A DNA stretch of 64,000 bases, from positions 7,440,001-7,504,000 of the forward strand of contig OZ176051.1 of NCBI GenBank assembly GCA_964247055.1, written 5' to 3'. Both the position numbers and the translations under genes were made by a program. Position 1 is the stretch's first letter, and each line of letters begins with the position of its first letter. The notes under the pieces were generated by a model, which was not told where the DNA came from, ran no database searches, and was given only the letters and a program-made list of their open reading frames with translations. This document shows, one piece after another, positions 24,944-38,300 of the stretch. The DNA comes from Paragordius varius. Taxonomy: Eukaryota; Animalia; Nematomorpha.

Positions 24944-27900
24944 CCAATATGTGCACTGATGATGATAAAACAAACAGAAAAATTATACAAAATTTGTTAA
25001 AGGAAGCAAAAGAAGGAAAAAGAAAATAAATAAGTCACGGATCAATAAAATTATTTCTAAAGGTAAGAGTTAAGGTGTGCACTTTCCAAAATTAAAGTTA
25101 ACTTTCCTTGATATGGAGAAAAGATATGGTAAATATTGAAAAGCAAGTCTGGGGAATATTTATTAAAACAAAATGTCACTACCTAGGAGATAGGTTACTA
25201 ATCTATTATTAATTTAGATGAATTGCACGTAGCACGCACCTTAAATACAAATTTTTATTGTATTTTGATTTATTTTCATATTTTTAACAGAGCCTAATAA
25301 AATGCGTATTGTATTGAGTATAATATAGCATCATCCATAATATATAGATATTAATTATTTATAAATTTATCGATTATTTTTTGTAACTTAACTAAAAATA
25401 TTTTTTTGCTAAAATTTGTTTGTATATAATTATATCATTAGTCAAACCATTTTCACTCTTAGTTAAGTTTTTATAGTTCATCTTAACCCCTAAAAAAATT
25501 AATAAACTTGAGCAACATTTAAAAAGTAATTAAGAGCAGATTTTGAAATCAATATATTACTTTCTTTAAGTTTTGATCGTTGTGCCCAAAGAAACGTTTG
25601 TTAATAAAGCGTTTAATATGGCGTGGACAAGGCATAAAAATTACACAGTAGTGTATGGCAAAAAACAATATTAGTCCATAAAAGAATAAAAAAATATTTT
25701 TTAAAAAAACAAGGGGATATTATTGATATGAGTACTAGGTTTGTTTTTTTAGAAAAAAAACATTTTTCTTTGATGGACCTATAATTAATGCCATAAGTTA
25801 CTGTAATATAATCAATATTTTCGAGATCATTTTAATGAATTAATCTTTTCAACACTTTAAAAAGCACTGATTGTTTTGGAAATATTTTATTGGTTGATTT
25901 TCATTTTTAATTTGTTGCCTTAATCGCAAAAGGGGTGTCCAAAAAGCGGTTCGCATGCGCTCCAAAATATATTTGTAGCCCTCTAGGATTTCAACAAAAC
26001 CCAAACATAAATTTTTAAATTCATGATATTTACAAAATATAAGCGAAATAATATCTTTAAACAAAATTTTTTAATACGGCTTTAGATGAAGTCAATTTGT
26101 AGTTATGTCGTAGGTATATTTTCGCCAACTTGTAGGGTTAGGTGTAAGGGATTTTATATATCTTCAAAAATATATATGATATTGGACCTAATAACGATTA
26201 CTCTATGGCGTTTTAGGCACACCACAGACCATTTATTACCTTTTTTAATTCTACCCATGACGAATAAAAAATGATTTAACTACTATGAAATAGGCATAAA
26301 TTTATTCATTCTATAGTCTTTTAGCGTATAAATATAATCGTAAAAAATATATCAAGCTTTTAGCTGCCTTAGTTATCTTACAATATTTTTGTTTTTTTAG
26401 GATAGTTGTATCTTAGAGCGTTTAAATATTAAAAAATAATATTTTTGCACTATAAATTTATAAAAAATGCTAATTTTGACTAAATAAATATTTTTTAAAA
26501 AATGCGTCTTTTTACAATTTTTTTTGCATTGTTGAAGCGTACTTCATCCTTTTTTAGGCATGATTAAAACGATATATAAACGAATTTAGATATTATAAAA
26601 ACACCTTTTCTATATAATTTGATGATACTAACATCTCTATCGCCTCAGAATTGTAATTAAAATATATAAAATGTGTTTTTATATAAAAATCCCCTAAATT
26701 CGAAAATAATCGAACCTTCAAATTAAAAGCTAGCAATGTTCAGCATTATCAAATAATATGGAAAAAGTGTTTTACAATATCTAAAAGTGTTTTCATACCG
26801 TTTCCATCATGTCTAAAAAATAGTAGAAAGACGCTTCAAGAAAATTTTGCTAAAAATTAATTTATTACGATATTTCTTCATGACCCCCGATTTTGTACAC
26901 TATTTTTTGCATTATTATTGGGTATAGCAACAATGGATAGTTTTATATCCCAAAGCCATTTAAAATTAATAAGGCAAAGTGAAAGATCTGTTTTCTTTAA
27001 TTTTTTATAAACATTGTACAAATTCTTTTAAAAAAATGCAAAATTGTAAAAAAATCCTAATTTCATTTTCCGCCACTTTTTCTATTAACTTCTTTAATCG
27101 CTATTGCAACAGGAAAATAAATATATATTATGGTTAGAAATGTAAATGTAAATAAAAATTAAATTATAAATTAAATGATAAATGAAACAAGCCATTTAAT
27201 TATTGCTCAATTCCAATCCCAATATTAAATGTGCTTTTTTCAAGTGTTAATATAGTTTATTATGTTTTTGATATTATTTGAAAGTAACTAATTTTTTTAT
27301 AGGATTGGTACTAATTTTACCCCATATCGATATGGAACCATTACCACAAAAGGGCAAATGATGTTAAATCATTAGTAAGGCCCAAAATAAACAGTACCAT
27401 TATAATGATATTATCTATATATATATATATATATCAGTATTTTTTACCACCCCCCCCCAATTTTGCAGTTTTTTGAATACAAAAATGATGCTATGCCGTG
27501 AAGGATTTCTATAATCAAAATATATTTTTGTAAAGTTTGATTTACTTTGGGTGGATTATATATATTCGTCTAAAATCGAGATGTATAAAAAATATACTGA
27601 TAAAACATATATATTCTCATAGGAAAATCTATCAATATCATAGTAATTATAGTTTGGCCTTTACTAGTGATTTTTGAAAGTCGTTGTATCGATATCAGAA
27701 AATCGCAAAATGTCCGCACTTGTTAATTTTTTTGGTAAAAACTAAATGCTGGATTCTCAAAAAGAGAGGAGATGTATATAACAAAAGAATAATTTTATTA
27801 AGAGATAAGCTCAGCAAATCCCAAATTTTGTGCCCATTAAATGGGATAGTCTCAAAAAAAACCGGCCAAGATTGAGCCAAAAAAATTTTAAATATACGCT

Positions 27901-30900
27901 TAATTTCGACACCAAAATAGGTTTTTTGAAAAAATAAATATTTTGCCTCAAACATTAATCTATAACCAACGAGAACGAATATGTTAAAATAATAATTTAA
28001 TTACATGCAAAAAATTTTATTGTATTATATGCAAAATTTTCGACACATGGTAGTATTCAAGGATGAACTAAAAAAAATTTAAATGCTAAAATTCAAGTGA
28101 TTAATATAATTAGCGTTTTGTCAAAGCATAGTTTATATAATGAAACATGATGGAAACGGTAAAGAACGCTTTAGGTCTATACAAATACGCTTTCTATGAT
28201 GCTGTACATTTTGATGTCAGAAATAAGTTAAAATGTTTGTTAGTCAAATTTATGCCAAATATAAGTTGTTATTAATAAAAACTACCAAAGGTAGATTTTA
28301 AAATGTGAGGTGATAGAAATGTTAGCATCATCGAATCACATTGAAAGTGCTTCAGTATCTTAAAACGTTTTTATCTCGTATCATGCCTCAAAACAGTATG
28401 AAGTACCCTTCAATAAATGTTTTTAATTTTTTAGAAAATTATCCATTTCTTAGTAAAAAAGAAATTAATCGCGCAATCTCGACACTTATGCATTTATTTT
28501 AACACTTGGATACAACACATTCATTTCAGTCCTTCGAGTAAAATTGAGGTAGTTGGATACCCCAGACCTGTTTAAAATAAATTCTTTAAAAAATATGGAT
28601 GGAATCGAAACCATGGCAAAATTTTGCACTTCTATAACATTAATAAACCGAAATATATAATTAATTTTATTCACAAATACTCGATATTACTTATTTTAGC
28701 TAAATCCGAAAGGTATCAACATGACAAATGTGAAATGGTAAAATTAAAAGATAATACAAAATTAATCGCTTTTTCTATTTCTATCATCGTTAAATGTTAA
28801 AATAATTAGCTTTGATTTACCCTAATATTAAATGAAGACGATATTTTGCAAAAATGTTGTAAAATAAAAATAGCGTCGAAGTAGTTTGATATAGTGCTTC
28901 ATGATTTTATTAGACGGTTTTTTATATAATTCAGGATAGAAGCAATTCGAATTCGGACCGTTTCTTTAAGTAGTTTTTAAGAAATATTACCTTAAATACA
29001 GACTGAGCTATTAAAAATATCCAAATTTAAATTGAAGCGTTAACAAGATTTGCCCATTTGCCATTTTCTGTTATGGTGCAGGGACCATAAAAATGTAAAT
29101 CATTGCTTAAACCATTCGTAAGCGTCAAAAGCACCATGATATGCTGATATATTTTCCTAACAGAATATATATTTTTTATTAGGATTTTCGAGGATACCAT
29201 GTATATTACAATAAATTTAACTATACATCGGGATACCGTTAGCTTATTTATTATTTTAGGTAACATATTTTTTATTTCTTAAATCGACTGATGACAGATG
29301 AATCTGTGCCACAATGTTTAAATCTTTGAAGGGATATTTAAAACCAATATGTGCACTGATGATGATAAAACAAACAGAAAAATTATACAAAATTTGTTAA
29401 AGGAAGCAAAAGAAGGAAAAAGAAAATAAATAAGTCACGGATCAATAAAATTATTTCTAAAGGTAAGAGTTAAGGTGTGCACTTTCCAAAATTAAAGTTA
29501 ACTTTCCTTGATATGGAGAAAAGATATGGTAAATATTGAAAAGCAAGTCTGGGGAATATTTATTAAAACAAAATGTCACTACCTAGGAGATAGGTTACTA
29601 ATCTATTATTAATTTAGATGAATTGCACGTAGCACGCACCTTAAATACAAATTTTTATTGTATTTTGATTTATTTTCATATTTTTAACAGAGCCTAATAA
29701 AATGCGTATTGTATTGAGTATAATAAAGCATCATCCATAATATATAGATATTAATTATTTATAAATTTATCGATTATTTTTTGTAACTTAACTAAAAATA
29801 TTTTTTTGCTAAAATTTGTTTGTATATAATTATATCATTAGTCAAACCATTTTCACTCTTAGTTAAGTTTTTATAGTTCATCTTAACCCCTAAAAAAATT
29901 AATAAACTTGAGCAACATTTAAAAAGTAATTAAGAGCAGATTTTGAAATCAATATATTACTTTCTTTAAGTTTTGATCGTTGTGCCCAAAGAAACGTTTG
30001 TTAATAAAGCGTTTAATATGGCGTGGACAAGGCATAAAAATTACACAGTAGTGTATGGCAAAAAACAATATTAGTCCATAAAAGAATAAAAAAATATTTT
30101 TTAAAAAAACAAGGGGATATTATTGATATGAGTACTAGGTTTGTTTTTTTAGAAAAAAAACATTTTTCTTTGATGGACCTATAATTAATGCCATAAGTTA
30201 CTGTAATATAATCAATATTTTCGAGATCATTTTAATGAATTAATCTTTTCAACACTTTAAAAAGCACTGATTGTTTTGGAAATATTTTATTGGTTGATTT
30301 TCATTTTTAATTTGTTGCCTTAATCGCAAAAGGGGTGTCCAAAAAGCGGTTCGCATGCGCTCCAAAATATATTTGTAGCCCTCTAGGATTTCAACAAAAC
30401 CCAAACATAAATTTTTAAATTCATGATATTTACAAAATATAAGCGAAATAATATCTTTAAACAAAATTTTTTAATACGGCTTTAGATGAAGTCAATTTGT
30501 AGTTATGTCGTAGGTATATTTTCGCCAACTTGTAGGGTTAGGTGTAAGGGATTTTATATATCTTCAAAAATATATATGATATTGGACCTAATAACGATTA
30601 CTCTATGGCGTTTTAGGCACACCACAGACCATTTATTACCTTTTTTAATTCTACCCATGACGAATAAAAAATGATTTAACTACTATGAAATAGGCATAAA
30701 TTTATTCATTCTATAGTCTTTTAGCGTATAAATATAATCGTAAAAAATATATCAAGCTTTTAGCTGCCTTAGTTATCTTACAATATTTTTGTTTTTTTAG
30801 GATAGTTGTATCTTAGAGCGTTTAAATATTAAAAAATAATATTTTTGCACTATAAATTTATAAAAAATGCTAATTTTGACTAAATAAATATTTTTTAAAA

Positions 30901-33748
30901 AATGCGTCTTTTTACAATTTTTTTTGCATTGTTGAAGCGTACTTCATCCTTTTTTAGGCATGATTAAAACGATATATAAACGAATTTAGATATTATAAAA
31001 ACACCTTTTCTATATAATTTGATGATACTAACATCTCTATCGCCTCAGAATTGTAATTAAAATATATAAAATGTGTTTTTATATAAAAATCCCCTAAATT
31101 CGAAAATAATCGAACCTTCAAATTAAAAGCTAGCAATGTTCAGCATTATCAAATAATATGGAAAAAGTGTTTTACAATATCTAAAAGTGTTTTCATACCG
31201 TTTCCATCATGTCTAAAAAATAGTAGAAAGACGCTTCAAGAAAATTTTGCTAAAAATTAATTTATTACGATATTTCTTCATGACCCCCGATTTTGTACAC
31301 TATTTTTTGCATTATTATTGGGTATAGCAACAATGGATAGTTTTATATCCCAAAGCCATTTAAAATTAATAAGGCAAAGTGAAAGATCTGTTTTCTTTAA
31401 TTTTTTATAAACATTGTACAAATTCTTTTAAAAAAATGCAAAATTGTAAAAAAATCCTAATTTCATTTTCCGCCACTTTTTCTATTAACTTCTTTAATCG
31501 CTATTGCAACAGGAAAATAAATATATATTATGGTTAGAAATGTAAATGTAAATAAAAATTAAATTATAAATTAAATGATAAATGAAACAAGCCATTTAAT
31601 TATTGCTCAATTCCAATCCCAATATTAACTGTGCTTTTTTCAAGTGTTAATATAGTTTATTATGTTTTTGATATTATTTGAAAGTAACTAATTTTTTTAT
31701 AGGATTGGTACTAATTTTACCCCATATCGATATGGAACCATTACCACAAAAGGGCAAATGATGTTAAATCATTAGTAAGGCCCAAAATAAACAGTACCAT
31801 TATAATGATATTATCTATATATATATATATATATATCAGTATTTTTTACCACCCCCCCCCCCCAATTTTGCAGTTTTTTGAATACAAAAATGATGCTATG
31901 CCGTGAAGGATTTCTATAATCAAAATATATTTTTGTAAAGTTTGATTTACTTTGGGTGGATTATATATATTCGTCTAAAATCGAGATGTATAAAAAATAT
32001 ACTGATAAAACATATATATTCTCATAGGAAAATCTATCAATATCATAGTAATTATAGTTTGGCCTTTACTAGTGATTTTTGAAAGTCGTTGTATCGATAT
32101 CAGAAAATCGCAAAATGTCCGCACTTGTTAATTTTTTTGGTAAAAACTAAATGCTGGATTCTCAAAAAGAGAGGAGATGTATATAACAAAAGAATAATTT
32201 TATTAAGAGATAAGCTCAGCAAATCCCAAATTTTGTGCCCATTAAATGGGATAGTCTCAAAAAAAACCGGCCAAGATTGAGCCAAAAAAATTTTAAATAT
32301 ACGCTTAATTTCGACACCAAAATAGGTTTTTTGAAAAAATAAATATTTTGCCTCAAACATTAATCTATAACCAACGAGAACGAATATGTTAAAATAATAA
32401 TTTAATTACATGCAAAAAATTTTATTGTATTATATGCAAAATTTTCGACACATGGTAGTATTCAAGGATGAACTAAAAAAAATTTAAATGCTAAAATTCA
32501 AGTGATTAATATAATTAGCGTTTTGTCAAAGCATAGTTTATATAATGAAACATGATGGAAACGGTAAAGAACGCTTTAGGTCTATACAAATACGCTTTCT
32601 ATGATGCTGTACATTTTGATGTCAGAAATAAGTTAAAATGTTTGTTAGTCAAATTTATGCCAAATATAAGTTGTTATTAATAAAAACTACCAAAGGTAGA
32701 TTTTAAAATGTGAGGTGATAGAAATGTTAGCATCATCGAATCACATTGAAAGTGCTTCAGTATCTTAAAACGTTTTTATCTCGTATCATGCCTCAAAACA
32801 GTATGAAGTACCCTTCAATAAATGTTTTTAATTTTTTAGAAAATTATCCATTTCTTAGTAAAAAAGAAATTAATCGCGCAATCTCGACACTTATGCATTT
32901 ATTTTAACACTTGGATACAACACATTCATTTCAGTCCTTCGAGTAAAATTGAGGTAGTTGGATACCCCAGACCTGTTTAAAATAAATTCTTTAAAAAATA
33001 TGGATGGAATCGAAACCATGGCAAAATTTTGCACTTCTATAACATTAATAAACCGAAATATATAATTAATTTTATTCACAAATACTCGATATTACTTATT
33101 TTAGCTAAATCCGAAAGGTATCAACATGACAAATGTGAAATGGTAAAATTAAAAGATAATACAAAATTAATCGCTTTTTCTATTTCTATCATCGTTAAAT
33201 GTTAAAATAATTAGCTTTGATTTACCCTAATATTAAATGAAGACGATATTTTGCAAAAATGTTGTAAAATAAAAATAGCGTCGAAGTAGTTTGATATAGT
33301 GCTTCATGATTTTATTAGACGGTTTTTTATATAATTCAGGATAGAAGCAATTCGAATTCGGACCGTTTCTTTAAGTAGTTTTTAAGAAATATTACCTTAA
33401 ATACAGACTGAGCTATTAAAAATATCCAAATTTAAATTGAAGCGTTAACAAGATTTGCCCATTTGCCATTTTCTGTTATGGTGCAGGGACCATAAAAATG
33501 TAAATCATTGCTTAAACCATTCGTAAGCGTCAAAAGCACCATGATATGCTGATATATTTTCCTAACAGAATATATATTTTTTATTAGGATTTTCGAGGAT
33601 ACCATGTATATTACAATAAATTTAACTATATATCGGGATACCGTTAGCTTATTTATTATTTTAGGTAACATATTTTTTATTTCTTAAATCGACTGATGAC
33701 AGATGAATCTGTGCCACAATGTTTAAATCTTTGAAGGGATATTTAAAA
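24944..33748. repeat. Direct tandem duplication, ~4.4-kb unit (copy 1 24944-29343; copy 2 29344-33748)
   Basis: The copies are essentially identical and identical ORFs recur at offsets of 4400-4405. Differences I found: 25326T/29726A, 27229A/31629C, 29226C/33631T, a (TA)n 2 nt longer and a C-run 3 nt longer in copy 2. Confidence 0.95.
28498..28700. repeat. Dispersed repeat; further copies at ~32903-33105 and ~63800-64000
   Basis: TTAACACTTGGATACAACACATTCATTT.AGTCCTTCGA...TGGATACCCC...TGGCAAAATTTTGCACTT is shared with the window end. Confidence 0.75.
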
Positions 33749-35272
33749 TTCTGCCGTGAAAGAATAGTAATATATTTTGAATTATGTTTTAATTATTATT
33801 ATTTAAATATGTATTTGATTTACTATTATAATGTTTGTTTTGATATATTTAATAGGAAACAGTTATCAAAGATAATAATGACATAAATAATGCACCATTG
33901 GACATACATCTCCATGGAATTATTGGAAATTCAGCATGCGACTTGGATTCTGTGGTTTCTGCTGTAGTTTATGCTTATTATCTTGCTACCGTATATTATT
34001 TTTAATAAATTTATTAATGACTTCTCAATCTTATTAAAAGCATACAGTTCAAAAACTTTTTTTAATATTGGTGTAATTTTTAAAATTTGATGTTAACGAA
34101 TTCACATATTTTATGCATTGTTTTTTTTCATTAGAAACAGCAAAATCACCAGAAAAGCGTGGATGAAAAAAACAAGATTTTCTATTTTCCTATTCTAAAT
34201 ATTGATCGTTCTGAATACAAACTAAAAACCGAAGTTTGTTATTGGCTAAACAGGAGTGATATTAATCAAAGTGACCTAATATTTAAAGATCATCCCTGTT
34301 TAGTACAAGATAGGGATTGGCTTCAAAAGTGAATTTTTTATTTGACTTATTGATTAGTATTAATAACCCTATTTTTCTATTATATTTTCAATTATCTAGT
34401 TTTACATTGATAATAATTAAATAATAAATATTTTTAAACAAACATAAAAGCTTTATAAACGCTTGATATTTTATTATTTCAGAGTTTTAGTTTTAACCCT
34501 TGTGGATCATAATGTGTCTGATTGGGCTAATGTGAATCCCTCTATACCCATTGTTCAAATCATTGATCATCATAAAAAATCACCGTTTGTTGAATAGTAT
34601 ATATATAATTTATTTCTTTTATGACAAAAACTATTTTTTATCTGGTAAACTTTTCCAAATTCAAATTATATCATGCTGCGTATTTTATATTACGTTTGGG
34701 AATTGTATGTATAAATAATATGCGCAACCTTGGAAGCTGAGATGAAACATACGAATATATATATATAGTGTGAGATTTATTAACCTGATAATAAAATTTT
34801 ATAACCGGACATATATCAAATTTAACGTAATGATTCTGCATTTGTTATGTAATATCATTTTTATGAAAAAAACGTTTTTTTCCGCCACCAGATAAGACTG
34901 AATATTTTTCTGGTTGTCAAAAGCTTAGATATGGTAATTAAGGTGAAGAGATATATAATTTTATTATTTTTATTTTAAAGAATTTAATCAAACTCCTTAT
35001 ATTTAATATCAAAGCGTTGCAGATTTAAATTAATGTTGTAAAATGGCAAACAATTTGATTTTTAGATTTTCTAAAAATATAATAATTAGGTATGTATGCC
35101 TAAATTTAAAATTATTACATATTCATTTTCGTACAATCGCATTTAGATTTTACTTTTTACAGCTTTATTTTTTCATTTATCCATTAATTTTAATATCCGC
35201 TTTAAAAATAATTGATAATTTAATCATATTATTTTCTAAAAAAATTTATTAAAATTATTTAATCATAAACTG

Positions 35273-35324
<52 letters not shown>

Positions 35325-38300
35325 AACAAAATCTAAAATATGCCAGTTTTATGACATACAAATTATCTTATTAACGATTAACTCTAAAAAAAATACTAGT
35401 AAATCAAAGTTTTTATTTTTATCTTATATAATATAACACATAATCTGTTACCTAATTCATTTCTTTTTCCAGTTTTTATTTTTTTAAAACATCTTTTTTA
35501 CCATTTTATATACCATTTACAGTTCAAATTCACCCTTAAACAATTCAAATCACCCTTGAACAATTCAAATTCACCCTCGAACAATTCAAATTTACCCTCA
35601 AATAAATAACATGTTTTTTAAGATTAAAAATTACCTATATTTTAATATATTTTTAAAAAATAAAATTTTGTTTTAAATTAAAATAATACTGAAAAAAATA
35701 ATTAATTATGCCATAAAGATTTATTTTATATTAATAATGAGTTATATTAGTTCGAAAACACATAATTTATTTTTAGGGTGAATTTGAATTGTTCGAGGGT
35801 GAATTTGAACTGTAAATGGTATATTATGGAAAAATATTTATTTTTTTATAAATTATGTTAAAGTGGACCAAAAACAACGATAGAACAGGTAGGCTCATGT
35901 TCAACACTCGTTGCTGATATCATTTTCAGAGATCAAGATGCTTGCTGTTACATGGATAATTGTGTTATGGAATGGCTTTACGGTAATTATATACATATTT
36001 GGTCTTTTTTTGTACCTAAAAAGTATAAAAATATATTACATGTACCTTGTAATACTATCCTGGTATGTTTTACTGTTTTAATAACACTTTTTTGCACCTG
36101 GAAATATATAAGTTTTATAACTTTTTTTGTATCCTGATGACTATTTTCAAATAAATCTTGTCATCTCTTTGTTGGAATAACAAATTATGTAGGATGTTTG
36201 TTACCTATTTATGGAGCACTGTGAATGACCTTGAAATATTGTCGTTTTTTCAAGGATAATATATAAAATGTTCTGGCGAAAATTAATTATTTTTATTTTG
36301 TGTGGTGTATCAATTATTTCTTTGGTAGTATCTTTCATAATAAAATTAATTGTAAAAATAAAACACATTAAAAGACTAATCTGAAAATAAACCGTATTTT
36401 TTACACGTATATAATATAACCTATATTTTTGGCTACCTGATAAGCAGTAGCGCTAATAAATCAGTAGGACACCTAATTTTTATTTCACAATTGTATACAA
36501 AAATTAAAACTAAAAAATATAATATCCATTATTAATTATTACTTTTATGTTTTGTTAAATTTTTTTAGCAACGATAATGTTGGATACAATATGTTTGGAC
36601 CCGATGGCCGGTCGAGCCACTATAAAAGATGTCGAAATATGTGAACGAATTCAAAGCCATATGCCTGGTTTAATATCACGGAAGTACACTTTATACACTG
36701 ACCTGGTTAAGGCTAAAATGGATATCTCTGGTAAAATTTTTTGAAAGATTCAAGCATTATTATCTTTTATGTCCCTTAAAATTATTTGTTCCTTTTTATT
36801 GTTTTTAAATGTTAAAGAGGGTGATAGTTTTTTATGACTATTTCTATGTAATTTAAAATTTTGCGTCGAATTTTTTGTAGTTATACCAATTACTTAGTCG
36901 TACACATTTATAACTGATTTTTAAGTTTTGTTTAAACCTTAATGATAGATAGTTTTAAATATATTTATATAGATTATAAACACGATAAGGATATATTTAG
37001 CATTTTTATATTGATTAATGGTCATTTAGGGTTAACAAACGAAGAATTATTTATGAAAGATATCAAATGTGTAAGAAATAGCGATGATACCATTCCAATT
37101 GCTTCATTCCCGATTTTAGTACAGGTTATTTTTTAATGTATGTTTTTCATATTTATATATTTTTTTAAATTTGAAGTCTTATATTTACTTTTGGAAAAAC
37201 AAATATTTTTTTGTTGCAATGATATGTTATTAAGCTAAAGTTTTAGCAAATAAAAATTTGTTTAAAATCATAAAAATAAAACTAACTTAAATGATGTTTT
37301 TTATTTTTTCCTATTTATAATATAATTATGTCAAAATATATGATGTGTATATGAAACATTCATAAATTAAAATAATTTAGCTTATTCACCAAATTTTAAC
37401 ATTGATCCTATTATATTTTATATTTACTTTTGGACATAATTCCCTTTGTTAAAAATCTTTTAGGAAGGTATAAATACCGATATAAAACATCATAAAAATG
37501 CTATATATTTTAATATCCCCTTTAAAATCTATTAATTTAAACTTTATAACAAACAAAAAATTGTATCTTTTGTTCCTTTTTTTATTAGAATATAATCATA
37601 AACCGTTGGCCAAATATCATTGATGCCTTTGATGAGTTTTGCCGGAAACATAATTTTAAATGCTTCGTCATGCTTGGTATTCATTTCCCATGTACAACAC
37701 CAATATCGAAACCATTTGAAAGCAGTACGCAAAACAGTTTGAATGAAAGTGTCAATGTCCAAAATAACGAAAAAACTAGGAGAGACATAGCTGTTTATGC
37801 AGCTGGTGATACAGATTTATTGACTAACTTGTGTAATTTTCTATTGTCCTACAACACAGACGATGGCAATGTTTTGGAACTTGAAGAGTTATCTCTTCAA
37901 GATTTTTCACTACCACATAATGTGTCAAATTTCGATCATATTGCGCTTCGACTGTTTGAACAACATAATATAAAAGCTACGCGAAAACAAATACTCCCTA
38001 TCATAGAAGAATATATGGTAAGAAAATAGCCATCGTTTAATTGTGCTGTAGTCTGTGTTAAGAAGAGTTACAAAAATTAGATCCACCAAACTGCTAGTGT
38101 TTGTTACGGGAAAATTGCTTTAGATTGCTTTTGCAATGTAATTATTGCATGAATAAATATGCTTTATATATGTGCTCAGATTAGTTTTTACGGTTTTTAT
38201 AGATTATATAAATTGTGTTTTTTTGTATTATAATTCACTAATTCAATCTTAAAATTATGAAGCGATAGAAGTGTTTAGCATCATCAAATTATATAAAAAA

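Noticed and set aside
25849-28674. ORF-track ORFs in the duplicated region (and their copies at 30249-33079)
   Set aside because: No recognisable domains, and they overlap repeats. A lone exon-like piece at 27303-27375 could not be chained into a gene.
33694-33712. CTGATGA followed by a CAGAT/ATCTG hairpin (also in duplicate copy 1) as another hammerhead
   Set aside because: No GAAA after the stem and no stem I/III.
35521-35600. CRISPR-like ~20-nt repeats
   Set aside because: The repeats are adjacent with no unique spacers, lie inside MITE arms, and the DNA is eukaryotic with no cas genes.
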